In this document: positions 37,627 through 51,600 of the stretch, one piece after another
Numbering within the stretch: the stretch's first letter is position 1
How the letters are laid out: the number at the start of each line of letters is the position of its first letter
NCBI RefSeq assembly: GCF_009914755.1
Contig: NC_060929.1
Length of the DNA stretch: 64,000 nucleotides
Reading direction: 5' to 3' (one strand)
Source: the human T2T-CHM13v2.0 reference genome, Homo sapiens
Notes under the pieces: model-generated
Databases searched by the model: none
What the model saw: the letters and a program-made list of their open reading frames with translations, nothing else
What the model was told of the DNA's origin: nothing
Translations under genes and position numbers: made by a program

Positions 37627-40600
37627 TCAAAGAGCTCCAAATATCCACTTTCAGATTCTACAGAGTGTTTCAAAACTGCTCTATCCAAAAAAAGTTTCAA
37701 CTCGGAGAGTCGAATGCACATATCACAAAGCAGTTTCTGAGAATGCTTTCGTCTATTTTTCCCAGGAAGATATTTCCTTTTGGACCGTAGGCCTCAAATC
37801 GCTCCAGATATCCACATGCAGATTCTACAAAAAGAGTGTTTCCAAACTGCCCTATCAAAAGGAAGGTTCACCTCTGGTAGTTGAATGCAAACATCACAAA
37901 GAAGTTTCTCAGAATGCTTCTGTCTAGTTGTCATAGGCAGATATTTCTTTTTCTACCATAGGCCTCAAAGCGCTCCAAATATCCACTTGCAGATTCTCCG
38001 AAAACAGTGTTTCAAAACTGCTCCATAAAAAGGAAGGTTCAACTCTGTGAGTTGAATGGACAGACCACAAAGAAGTTTCTGAGAATGCTTCTGTCTAGTG
38101 TTTATGTGAAGATATTCCCGTTTCCGATGAAGGCCTCAAAGCAGTCCAAATATCCACTTGCAGATTCTACAAAAATAGTGCTTCAAAACTACTCTATGGA
38201 AAGGTATGTTCAACACTGTGAGATGAATGCAAACGTCACAAAGAAGTTGCTGAGAATGCTTCAGTCTAGTTTCTATGGGAAGACATTTCCTTTTGCACCA
38301 CAGCCCTCAAAGCACTCCAAATGTCTACTTGCAGATTCGATAAAAGAGTTTTACAAAACTGCTCTATCAAAAGAAAGGTTCAACGCTGTGAGTTGAATCC
38401 ACATATCACGAAAAAGTTTCTGAGAATGCCTCTATCTACTTTTTATGTGAAGATATTCCGGTTTCCAACGAAGGCCTCAAAGCGCTCCAAATATCTACTG
38501 GCAGATTCTAGAAAAAGAGTGTTTCAAAACTGCTCTATTAAAGGAAGGTTCAACTCTGTGAGTTGAATTCACACATCACAAAGAACTTTCTGACAATGCT
38601 TCTATCTAGTTTTTATGTGAAGATATTACTGTTTCCCATGAAGGCCTCAAAGTGGTCCGAATATCCACTTGCAGATTCTACAAAAAGAGGTTTTCAAAAC
38701 TGCTCTATGCAGAGGTATGTTCAACTCTGTGAGTTGAATGCAAACATCCCGAAGCAGTTTCTGAGAATGCTTCTGTCTAGTTTTTAGGGGCAGATATTTC
38801 CGTTGGCACAATAGCCCTCAAAGCGCTCCAAATATCCACTGGCAGATTCTACCAAAAGAGTGTTTCAAAACTGCTCTGTGAAAAGAAACGTTCAACTGTG
38901 TTAGCTGAATGCCCACATCACAAAGAAGATTCTGAGAATATTTCTGTCTAGTTTTTATTAGAAGATATTCCCGTTTCCACCAAAGGACACAAAGCGAAGC
39001 CAACTATCCGCTTGCAGATCTTACAAAAACACGTTTCAAAACTGCTCTATCAAAGGAAAGGTTCATCTCTCTGGGTTCAACGCACACATCACAAAGAAGT
39101 TTCTGAGAATGCTTCTGGCTAGTTCGTGTGTGAAGATATTCCCGTTTCCAACAAAGGCTTCAAAGCCCTCCAAATATTCACCTGCAATTGTTCAAAAGAG
39201 TGTTTCAAAACTGTTCTATCAAAAGGAAGGTTCAACTCTGTGAGTTGAATGCACGCTTCACATAAATGGTTCTGAGAATGCTTCTTTCTAGTTTTTATGT
39301 GAAGATATTTCCTTCTCCACCATAGCCCTCAAAGCGCTCCAAGTGTCCGCTGGCAGATTCCACAGAAACAGTGTTTCAAAACTGCTCTAACAAAAGAAAG
39401 ATTCAACTCCGCGATTTGAATGCACACATCACAAAGCATTTTCTGTGAATCCTTCTGTCTAGTTTTTATATGAGGATATTTCCTTTTCTACCACGGGCAT
39501 CCAAGCCTTCCAATTCTCCAATTGTAGATTGCACAAACAGAGTGTTTCAAAACTGCTCCATGAGAAGCAAGATTCAAATTTGGGAGTACAATGCACACGT
39601 CACGAAGAAGTTTCTGAGAATGTTTCTGTCCAGTTTATATGTGAAGATATTCCCGTTTCCAGCAAAGGTCTCAAAGCGGTCCAAATATCCACTTGCGGAT
39701 CCCACACACAGAGTGTTTCAAAGCTGCTCTACGGAAAGGTATGTTCAACTCTGTGAGTTTACTGCAAACATCCTAAAGAAGTTTCTGGGAATGCTGCTGT
39801 CTAGTTTAATGTGAATATCTTTTCTTTTCCGCCATAGCCCTCAAAGAGCTCCAAATATCCACTTTCAGATTCTACAGAGTGTTTCAAAACTGCTTTATCC
39901 AAAAAAAGTTTCAACTCGGAGATTCGAATGCACATATCACAAAGCAGTTTCTGAGAATGCTTTCGTCTATTTTTCCCAGGAAGATATTTCCTTTTGGACC
40001 GTAGGCCTCAAATCGCTCCAGATATCCACATGCAGATTCTACAAAAAGAGTGTTTCCAAACTGCCCTATCAAAAGGAAGGTTCACCTCTGGTAGTTGAAT
40101 GCAAACATCACAAAGAAGTTTCTCAGAATGCTTCTGTCTAGTTGTCATAGGCAGATATTTCTTTTTCTACCATAGGCCTCAAAGCGCTCCAAATATCCAC
40201 TTGCAGATTCTCCGAAAACAGTGTTGCAAAACTGCTCCATAAAAAGGAAGGTTCAACTCTGTGAGTTGAATGGACAGACCACAAAGAAGTTTCTGAGAAT
40301 GCTTCTGTCTAGTGTTTATGTGAAGATATTCCCGTTTCCGATGAAGGCCTCAAAGCAGTCCAAATATCCACTGGCAGATTCTACAAAAATAGTGCTTCAA
40401 AACTACTCTATGGAAAGGTATGTTCAACACTGTGAGATGAATGCAAACGTCACAAAGAAGTTGCTGAGAATGCTTCAGTCTAGTTTCTATGGGAAGACAT
40501 TTCCTTTTGCACCACAGCCCTCAAAGCACTCCAAATGTCTACTTGCAGATTCGATAAAAGAGTTTTACAAAACTGCTCTATCAAAAGAAAGGTTCAACGC

Positions 40601-43600
40601 TGTGAGTTGAATCCACATATCACGAAAAAGTTTCTGAGAATGCCTCTATCTACTTTTTATGTGAAGATATTCCGGTTTCCAACGAAGGCCTCAAAGCGCT
40701 CCAAATATCTACTGGCAGATTCTAGAAAAAGAGTGTTTCAAAACTGCTCTATTAAAGGAAGGTTCAACTCTGTGAGTTGAATTCACACATCACAAAGAAC
40801 TTTCTGACAATGCTTCTATCTAGTTTTTATGTGAAGATATTACTGTTTCCCATGAAGGCCTCAAAGTGGTCCGAATATCCACTTGCAGATTCTACAAAAA
40901 GAGGTTTTCAAAACTGCTCTATGCAGAGGTATGTTCAACTCTGTGAGTTGAATGCAAACATCCCGAAGCAGTTTCTGAGAATTCTTCTGTCTAGTTTTTA
41001 GGGGCAGATATTTCCATTGGCACAATAGCCCTCAAAGCGCTCCAAATATCCACTGGCAGATTCTACCAAAAGAGTGTTTCAAAACTGCTCTGTGAAAAGA
41101 AACGTTCAACTGTGTTAGCTGAATGCCCACATCACAAAGAAGATTCTGAGAATATTTCTCTCTAGTTTTTATTAGAAGATATTGCCGTTTCCACCAAAGG
41201 ACACAAAGCGAAGCCAACTATCCGCTTGCAGATCTTACAAAAACACGTTTCAAAACTGCTCTATCAAAGGAAAGGTTCATCTCTCTGGGTTCAACGCACA
41301 CATCACAAAGAAGTTTCTGAGAATGCTTCTGGCTAGTTCGTGTGTGAAGATATTCCCGTTTCCAACAAAGGCTTCAAAGCCCTCCAAATATTCACCTGCA
41401 ATTGTTCAAAAGAGTGTTTCAAAACTGTTCTATCAAAAGGAAGGTTCAACTCTGTGAGTTGAATGCACGCTTCACATAAATGGTTCTGAGAATGCTTCTT
41501 TCTAGTTTTTATGTGAAGATATTTCCTTCTCCACCATAGCCCTCAAAGCGCTCCAAGTGTCCGCTGGCAGATTCCACAGAAACAGTGTTTCAAAACTGCT
41601 CTAACAAAAGAAAGATTCAACTCCGCGATTTGAATGCACACATCACAAAGCATTTTCTGTGAATCCTTCTGTCTAGTTTTTATATGAGGATATTTCCTTT
41701 TCTACCACGGGCATCCAAGCGTTCCAATTCTCCAATTGTAGATTGCACAAACAGAGTGTTTCAAAACTGCTCCATGAGAAGGAAGATTCAAATTTGGGAG
41801 TACAATGCACACATCACGAAGAAGTTTCTGAGAATGCTTCTGTCCAGTTTATATGTGAAGATATTCCCGTTTCCAGCAAAGGTCTCAAAGCGGTCCAAAT
41901 ATCCACTTGCGGATCCCACACACAGAGTGTTTCAAAGCTGCTCTACGGAAAGGTATGTTCAACTCTGTGAGTTTACTGCAAACATCCTAAAGAAGTTTCT
42001 GGGAATGCTGCTGTCTAGTTTAATGTGAATATCTTTTCTTTTCCGCCATAGCCCTCAAAGAGCTCCAAATATCCACTTTCAGATTCTACAGAGTGTTTCA
42101 AAACTGCTCTATCCAAAAAAAGTTTCAACTCGGAGAGTCGAATGCACATATCACAAAGCAGTTTCTGAGAATGCTTTCGTCTATTTTTCCCAGGAAGATA
42201 TTTCCTTTTGGACCGTAGGAGTCAAATCGCTCCAGATATCCACATGCAGATTCTACAAAAAGAGTGTTTCCAAACTGCCCTATCAAAAGGAAGGTTCACC
42301 TCTGGAAGTTGAATGCAAACATCACAAAGAAGTTTCTCAGAATGCTTCTGTCTAGTTGTCATAGGCAGATATTTCTTTTTCTACCATAGGCCTCAAAGCG
42401 CTCCAAATATCCACTTGCAGATTCTCCGAAAACAGTGTTTCAAAACTGCTCCATAAAAAGGAAGGTTCAACTCTGTGAGTTGAATGGACAGACCACAAAG
42501 AAGTTTCTGAGAATGCTTCTGTCTAGTGTTTATGTGAAGATATTCCCGTTTCCGATGAAGGCCTCAAAGCAGTCCAAATATCCACTTGCAGATTCTACAA
42601 AAATAGTGCTTCAAAACTACTCTATGGAAAGGTATGTTCAACACTGTGAGATGAATGCAAACGTCACAAAGAAGTTGCTGAGAATGCTTCAGTCTAGTTT
42701 CTATGGGAAGACATTTCCTTTTGCACCACAGCCCTCAAAGCACTCCAAATGTCTACTTGCAGATTCGATAAAAGAGTTTTACAAAACTGCTCTATCAAAA
42801 GAAAGGTTCAACGCTGTGAGTTGAATCCACATATCACGAAAAAGTTTCTGAGAATGCCTCTATCTACTTTTTATGTGAAGATATTCCGGTTTCCAACGAA
42901 GGCCTCAAAGCGCTCCAAATATCTACTGGCAGATTCTAGAAAAAGAGTGTTTCAAAACTGCTCTATTAAAGGAAGGTTCAACTCTGTGAGTTGAATTCAC
43001 ACATCACAAAGAACTTTCTGACAATGCTTCTATCTAGTTTTTATGTTAAGATATTACTGTTTCCCATGAAGGCCTCAAAGTGGTCCGAATATCCACTTGC
43101 AGATTCTACAAAAAGAGGTTTTCAAAACTGCTCTATGCAGAGGTATGTTCAACTCTGTGAGTTGAATGCAAACATCCCGAAGCAGTTTCTGAGAATGCTT
43201 CTGTCTAGTTTTTAGGGGCAGATATTTCCGTTGGCACAATAGCCCTCAAAGCGCTCCAAATATCCACTGGCAGATTCTACCAAAAGAGTGTTTCAAAACT
43301 GCTCTGTGAAAAGAAACGTTCAACTGTGTTAGCTGAATGCCCACATCACAAAGAAGATTCTGAGAATATTTCTGTCTAGTTTTTATTAGAAGATATTCCC
43401 GTTTCCACCAAAGGACACAAAGCGAAGCCAACTATCCGCTTGCAGATCTTACAAAAACACGTTTCAAAACTGCTCTATCAAAGGAAAGGTTGATCTCTCT
43501 GGGTTCAACGCACACATCACAAAGAAGTTTCTGAGAATGCTTCTGGCTAGTTCGTGTGTGAAGATATTCCCGTTTCCAACAAAGGCTTCAAAGCCCTCCA

Positions 43601-46600
43601 AATATTCACCTGCAATTGTTCAAAAGAGTGTTTCAAAACTGTTCTATCAAAAGGAAGGTTCAACTCTGTGAGTTGAATGCACGCTTCACATAAATGGTTC
43701 TGAGAATGCTTCTTTCTAGTTTTTATGTGAAGATATTTCCTTCTCCACCATAGCCCTCAAAGCGCTCCAAGTGTCCGCTGGCAGATTCCACAGAAACAGT
43801 GTTTCAAAACTGCTCTAACAAAAGAAAGATTCAACTCCGCGATTTGAATGCACACATCACAAAGCATTTTCTGTGAATCCTTCTGTCTAGTTTTTATATG
43901 AGGATATTTCCTTTTCTACCACGGGCATCCAAGCCTTCCAATTCTCCAATTGTAGATTGCACAAACAGAGTGTTTCAAAACTGCTCCATGAGAAGCAAGA
44001 TTCAAATTTGGGAGTACAATGCACACGTCACGAAGAAGTTTCTGAGAATGTTTCTGTCCAGTTTATATGTGAAGATATTCCCGTTTCCAGCAAAGGTCTC
44101 AAAGCGGTCCAAATATCCACTTGCGGATCCCACACACAGAGTGTTTCAAAGCTGCTCTACGGAAAGGTATGTTCAACTCTGTGAGTTTACTGCAAACATC
44201 CTAAAGAAGTTTCTGGGAATGCTGCTGTCTAGTTTAATGTGAATATCTTTTCTTTTCCGCCATAGCCCTCAAAGAGCTCCAAATATCCACTTTCAGATTC
44301 TACAGAGTGTTTCAAAACTGCTCTATCCAAAAAAAGTTTCAACTCGGAGAGTCGAATGCACATATCACAAAGCAGTTTCTGAGAATGCTTTCGTCTATTT
44401 TTCCCAGGAAGATATTTCCTTTTGGACCGTAGGCCTCAAATCGCTCCAGATATCCACATGCAGATTCTACAAAAAGAGTGTTTCCAAACTGCCCTATCAA
44501 AAGGAAGGTTCACCTCTGGTAGTTGAATGCAAACATCACAAAGAAGTTTCTCAGAATGCTTCTGTCTAGTTGTCATAGGCAGATATTTCTTTTTCTACCA
44601 TAGGCCTCAAAGCGCTCCAAATATCCACTTGCAGATTCTCCGAAAACAGTGTTGCAAAACTGCTCCATAAAAAGGAAGGTTCAACTCTGTGAGTTGAATG
44701 GACAGACCACAAAGAAGTTTCTGAGAATGCTTCTGTCTAGTGTTTATGTGAAGATATTCCCGTTTCCGATGAAGGCCTCAAAGCAGTCCAAATATCCACT
44801 GGCAGATTCTACAAAAATAGTGCTTCAAAACTACTCTATGGAAAGGTATGTTCAACACTGTGAGATGAATGCAAACGTCACAAAGAAGTTGCTGAGAATG
44901 CTTCAGTCTAGTTTCTATGGGAAGACATTTCCTTTTGCACCACAGCCCTCAAAGCACTCCAAATGTCTACTTGCAGATTCGATAAAAGAGTTTTACAAAA
45001 CTGCTCTATCAAAAGAAAGGTTCAACGCTGTGAGTTGAATCCACATATCACGAAAAAGTTTCTGAGAATGCCTCTATCTACTTTTTATGTGAAGATATTC
45101 CGGTTTCCAACGAAGGCCTCAAAGCGCTCCAAATATCTACTGGCAGATTCTAGAAAAAGAGTGTTTCAAAACTGCTCTATTAAAGGAAGGTTCAACTCTG
45201 TGAGTTGAATTCACACATCACAAAGAACTTTCTGACAATGCTTCTATCTAGTTTTTATGTGAAGATATTACTGTTTCCCATGAAGGCCTCAAAGTGGTCC
45301 GAATATCCACTTGCAGATTCTACAAAAAGAGGTTTTCAAAACTGCTCTATGCAGAGGTATGTTCAACTCTGTGAGTTGAATGCAAACATCCCGAAGCAGT
45401 TTCTGAGAATGCTTCTGTCTAGTTTTTAGGGGCAGATATTTCCATTGGCACAATAGCCCTCAAAGCGCTCCAAATATCCACTGGCAGATTCTACCAAAAG
45501 AGTGTTTCAAAACTGCTCTGTGAAAAGAAACGTTCAACTGTGTTAGCTGAATGCCCACATCACAAAGAAGATTCTGAGAATATTTCTCTCTAGTTTTTAT
45601 TAGAAGATATTGCCGTTTCCACCAAAGGACACAAAGCGAAGCCAACTATCCGCTTGCAGATCTTACAAAAACACGTTTCAAAACTGCTCTATCAAAGGAA
45701 AGGTTCATCTCTCTGGGTTCAACGCACACATCACAAAGAAGTTTCTGAGAATGCTTCTGGCTAGTTCGTGTGTGAAGATATTCCCGTTTCCAACAAAGGC
45801 TTCAAAGCCCTCCAAATATTCACCTGCAATTGTTCAAAAGAGTGTTTCAAAACTGTTCTATCAAAAGGAAGGTTCAACTCTGTGAGTTGAATGCACGCTT
45901 CACATAAATGGTTCTGAGAATGCTTCTTTCTAGTTTTTATGTGAAGATATTTCCTTCTCCACCATAGCCCTCAAAGCGCTCCAAGTGTCCGCTGGCAGAT
46001 TCCACAGAAACAGTGTTTCAAAACTGCTCTAACAAAAGAAAGATTCAACTCCGCGATTTGAATGCACACATCACAAAGCATTTTCTGTGAATCCTTCTGT
46101 CTAGTTTTTATATGAGGATATTTCCTTTTCTACCACGGGCATCCAAGCGTTCCAATTCTCCAATTGTAGATTGCACAAACAGAGTGTTTCAAAACTGCTC
46201 CATGAGAAGGAAGATTCAAATTTGGGAGTACAATGCACACATCACGAAGAAGTTTCTGAGAATGCTTCTGTCCAGTTTATATGTGAAGATATTCCCGTTT
46301 CCAGCAAAGGTCTCAAAGCGGTCCAAATATCCACTTGCGGATCCCACACACAGAGTGTTTCAAAGCTGCTCTACGGAAAGGTATGTTCAACTCTGTGAGT
46401 TTACTGCAAACATCCTAAAGAAGTTTCTGGGAATGCTGCTGTCTAGTTTAATGTGAATATCTTTTCTTTTCCGCCATAGCCCTCAAAGAGCTCCAAATAT
46501 CCACTTTCAGATTCTACAGAGTGTTTCAAAACTGCTCTATCCAAAAAAAGTTTCAACTCGGTGAGTCGAATGCACATATCACAAAGCAGTTTCTGAGAAT

Positions 46601-48696
46601 GCTTTCGTCTATTTTTCCCAGGAAGATATTTCCTTTTGGACCGTAGGCCTCAAATCGCTCCAGATATCCACATGCAGATTCTACAAAAAGAGTGTTTCCA
46701 AACTGCCCTATCAAAAGGAAGGTTCACCTCTGGTAGTTGAATGCAAACATCACAAAGAAGTTTCTCAGAATGCTTCTGTCTAGTTGTCATAGGCAGATAT
46801 TTCTTTTTCTACCATAGGCCTCAAAGCGCTCCAAATATCCACTTGCAGATTCTCCGAAAACAGTGTTGCAAAACTGCTCCATAAAAAGGAAGGTTCAACT
46901 CTGTGAGTTGAATGGACAGACCACAAAGAAGTTTCTGAGAATGCTTCTGTCTAGTGTTTATGTGAAGATATTCCCGTTTCCGATGAAGGCCTCAAAGCAG
47001 TCCAAATATCCACTGGCAGATTCTACAAAAATAGTGCTTCAAAACTACTCTATGGAAAGGTATGTTCAACACTGTGAGATGAATGCAAACGTCACAAAGA
47101 AGTTGCTGAGAATGCTTCAGTCTAGTTTCTATGGGAAGACATTTCCTTTTGCACCACAGCCCTCAAAGCACTCCAAATGTCTACTTGCAGATTCGATAAA
47201 AGAGTTTTACAAAACTGCTCTATCAAAAGAAAGGTTCAACGCTGTGAGTTGAATCCACATATCACGAAAAAGTTTCTGAGAATGCCTCTATCTACTTTTT
47301 ATGTGAAGATATTCCGGTTTCCAACGAAGGCCTCAAAGCGCTCCAAATATCTACTGGCAGATTCTAGAAAAAGAGTGTTTCAAAACTGCTCTATTAAAGG
47401 AAGGTTCAACTCTGTGAGTTGAATTCACACATCACAAAGAACTTTCTGACAATGCTTCTATCTAGTTTTTATGTGAAGATATTACTGTTTCCCATGAAGG
47501 CCTCAAAGTGGTCCGAATATCCACTTGCAGATTCTACAAAAAGAGGTTTTCAAAACTGCTCTATGCAGAGGTATGTTCAACTCTGTGAGTTGAATGCAAA
47601 CATCCCGAAGCAGTTTCTGAGAATGCTTCTGTCTAGTTTTTAGGGGCAGATATTTCCATTGGCACAATAGCCCTCAAAGCGCTCCAAATATCCACTGGCA
47701 GATTCTACCAAAAGAGTGTTTCAAAACTGCTCTGTGAAAAGAAACGTTCAACTGTGTTAGCTGAATGCCCACATCACAAAGAAGATTCTGAGAATATTTC
47801 TCTCTAGTTTTTATTAGAAGATATTGCCGTTTCCACCAAAGGACACAAAGCGAAGCCAACTATCCGCTTGCAGATCTTACAAAAACACGTTTCAAAACTG
47901 CTCTATCAAAGGAAAGGTTCATCTCTCTGGGTTCAACGCACACATCACAAAGAAGTTTCTGAGAATGCTTCTGGCTAGTTCGTGTGTGAAGATATTCCCG
48001 TTTCCAACAAAGGCTTCAAAGCCCTCCAAATATTCACCTGCAATTGTTCAAAAGAGTGTTTCAAAACTGTTCTATCAAAAGGAAGGTTCAACTCTGTGAG
48101 TTGAATGCACGCTTCACATAAATGGTTCTGAGAATGCTTCTTTCTAGTTTTTATGTGAAGATATTTCCTTCTCCACCATAGCCCTCAAAGCGCTCCAAGT
48201 GTCCGCTGGCAGATTCCACAGAAACAGTGTTTCAAAACTGCTCTAACAAAAGAAAGATTCAACTCCGCGATTTGAATGCACACATCACAAAGCATTTTCT
48301 GTGAATCCTTCTGTCTAGTTTTTATATGAGGATATTTCCTTTTCTACCACGGGCATCCAAGCGTTCCAATTCTCCAATTGTAGATTGCACAAACAGAGTG
48401 TTTCAAAACTGCTCCATGAGAAGGAAGATTCAAATTTGGGAGTACAATGCACACATCACGAAGAAGTTTCTGAGAATGCTTCTGTCCAGTTTATATGTGA
48501 AGATATTCCCGTTTCCAGCAAAGGTCTCAAAGCGGTCCAAATATCCACTTGCGGATCCCACACACAGAGTGTTTCAAAGCTGCTCTACGGAAAGGTATGT
48601 TCAACTCTGTGAGTTTACTGCAAACATCCTAAAGAAGTTTCTGGGAATGCTGCTGTCTAGTTTAATGTGAATATCTTTTCTTTTCCGCCATAGCCC
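37627..48696. repeat. 2-HOR duplication U18-U19 / U20-U21 followed by a single-HOR copy U22
   Basis: U18 and U20 share AAGCCTT, AGAAGCAAG, CACGTCACG and AATGTTTCTGTCC. U19, U21 and U22 share GTGTTGCAAA, TTTCTCTCTAG and ATTGCCG. Confidence 0.82.
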
Positions 48697-51600
48697 TCAA
48701 AGAGCTCCAAATATCCACTTTCAGATTCTACAGAGTGTTTCAAAACTGCTCTATCCAAAAAAAGTTTCAACTCGGAGAGTCGAATGCACATATCACAAAG
48801 CAGTTTCTGAGAATGCTTTCGTCTATTTTTCCCAGGAAGATATTTCCTTTTGGACCGTAGGCCTCAAATCGCTCCAGATATCCACATGCAGATTCTACAA
48901 AAAGAGTGTTTCCAAACTGCCCTATCAAAAGGAAGGTTCACCTCTGGTAGTTGAATGCAAACATCACAAAGAAGTTTCTCAGAATGCTTCTGTCTAGTTG
49001 TCATAGGCAGATATTTCTTTTTCTACCATAGGCCTCAAAGCGCTCCAAATATCCACTTGCAGATTCTCCGAAAACAGTGTTTCAAAACTGCTCCATAAAA
49101 AGGAAGGTTCAACTCTGTGAGTTGAATGGACAGACCACAAAGAAGTTTCTGAGAATGCTTCTGTCTAGTGTTTATGTGAAGATATTCCCGTTTCCGATGA
49201 AGGCCTCAAAGCAGTCCAAATATCCACTTGCAGATTCTACAAAAATAGTGCTTCAAAACTACTCTATGGAAAGGTATGTTCAACACTGTGAGATGAATGC
49301 AAACGTCACAAAGAAGTTGCTGAGAATGCTTCAGTCTAGTTTCTATGGGAAGACATTTCCTTTTGCACCACAGCCCTCAAAGCACTCCAAATGTCTACTT
49401 GCAGATTCGATAAAAGAGTTTTACAAAACTGCTCTATCAAAAGAAAGGTTCAACGCTGTGAGTTGAATCCACATATCACGAAAAAGTTTCTGAGAATGCC
49501 TCTATCTACTTTTTATGTGAAGATATTCCGGTTTCCAACGAAGGCCTCAAAGCGCTCCAAATATCTACTGGCAGATTCTAGAAAAAGAGTGTTTCAAAAC
49601 TGCTCTATTAAAGGAAGGTTCAACTCTGTGAGTTGAATTCACACATCACAAAGAACTTTCTGACAATGCTTCTATCTAGTTTTTATGTGAAGATATTACT
49701 GTTTCCCATGAAGGCCTCAAAGTGGTCCGAATATCCACTTGCAGATTCTACAAAAAGAGGTTTTCAAAACTGCTCTATGCAGAGGTATGTTCAACTCTGT
49801 GAGTTGAATGCAAACATCCCGAAGCAGTTTCTGAGAATGCTTCTGTCTAGTTTTTAGGGGCAGATATTTCCATTGGCACAATAGCCCTCAAAGCGCTCCA
49901 AATATCCACTGGCAGATTCTACCAAAAGAGTGTTTCAAAACTGCTCTGTGAAAAGAAACGTTCAACTGTGTTAGCTGAATGCCCACATCACAAAGAAGAT
50001 TCTGAGAATATTTCTGTCTAGTTTTTATTAGAAGATATTCCCGTTTCCACCAAAGGACACAAAGCGAAGCCAACTATCCGCTTGCAGATCTTACAAAAAC
50101 ACGTTTCAAAACTGCTCTATCAAAGGAAAGGTTGATCTCTCTGGGTTCAACGCACACATCACAAAGAAGTTTCTGAGAAAGCTTCTGGCTAGTTCGTGTG
50201 TGAAGATATTCCCGTTTCCAACAAAGGCTTCAAAGCCCTCCAAATATTCACCTGCAATTGTTCAAAAGAGTGTTTCAAAACTGTTCTATCAAAAGGAAGG
50301 TTCAACTCTGTGAGTTGAATGCACGCTTCACATAAATGGTTCTGAGAATGCTTCTTTCTAGTTTTTATGTGAAGATATTTCCTTCTCCACCATAGCCCTC
50401 AAAGCGCTCCAAGTGTCCGCTGGCAGATTCCACAGAAACAGTGTTTCAAAACTGCTCTAACAAAAGAAAGATTCAACTCCGCGATTTGAATGCACACATC
50501 ACAAAGCATTTTCTGTGAATCCTTCTGTCTAGTTTTTATATGAGGATATTTCCTTTTCTACCACGGGCATCCAAGCCTTCCAATTCTCCAATTGTAGATT
50601 GCACAAACAGAGTGTTTCAAAACTGCTCCATGAGAAGGAAGATTCAAATTTGGGAGTACAATGCACACATCACGAAGAAGTTTCTGAGAATGCTTCTGTC
50701 CAGTTTATATGTGAAGATATTCCCGTTTCCAGCAAAGGTCTCAAAGCGGTCCAAATATCCACTTGCGGATCCCACACACAGAGTGTTTCAAAGCTGCTCT
50801 ACGGAAAGGTGTGTTCAACTCTGTGAGTTTACTGCAAACATCCTAAAGAAGTTTCTGGGAATGCTGCTGTCTAGTTTAATGTGAATATCTTTTCTTTTCC
50901 GCCATAGCCCTCAAAGAGCTCCAAATATCCACTTTCAGATTCTACAGAGTGTTTCAAAACTGCTCTATCCAAAAAAAGTTTCAACTCGGAGAGTCGAATG
51001 CACATATCACAAAGAAGTTTCTGAGAATGCTTTCGTCTATTTTTCCCAGGAAGATATTTCCTTTTGGACCGTAGGCCTCAAATCGCTCCAGATATCCACA
51101 TGCAGATTCTACAAAAAGAGTGTTTCCAAACTGCCCTATCAAAAGGAAGGTTCACCTCTGGTAGTTGAATGCAAACATCACAAAGAAGTTTCTCAGAATT
51201 CTTCTGTCTAGTTGTCATAGGCAGATATTTCTTTTTCTACCATAGGCCTCAAAGCGCTCCAAATATCCACTTGCAGATTCTCCGAAAACAGTGTTTCAAA
51301 ACTGCTCCATAAAAAGGAAGGTTCAACTCTGTGAGTTGAATGGACAGACCACAAAGAAGTTTCTGAGAATGCTTCTGTCTAGTGTTTATGTGAAGATATT
51401 CCCGTTTCCGATGAAGGCCTCAAAGCAGTCCAAATATCCACTTGCAGATTCTACAAAAATAGTGCTTCAAAACTACTCTATGGAAAGGTATGTTCAACAC
51501 TGTGAGATGAATGCAAACGTCACAAAGAAGTTGCTGAGAATGCTTCAGTCTAGTTTCTATGGGAAGACATTTCCTTTTGCACCACAGCCCTCAAAGCACT

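Noticed and set aside
21350-50140. Scattered shared SNVs such as GTTGATCTC (U10, U16, U20, U23) and TATGTTAAG (U12, U20) as evidence of further duplications
   Set aside because: They are single unlinked sites with no consistent offset, and short conversion or recurrent mutation explains them equally well.
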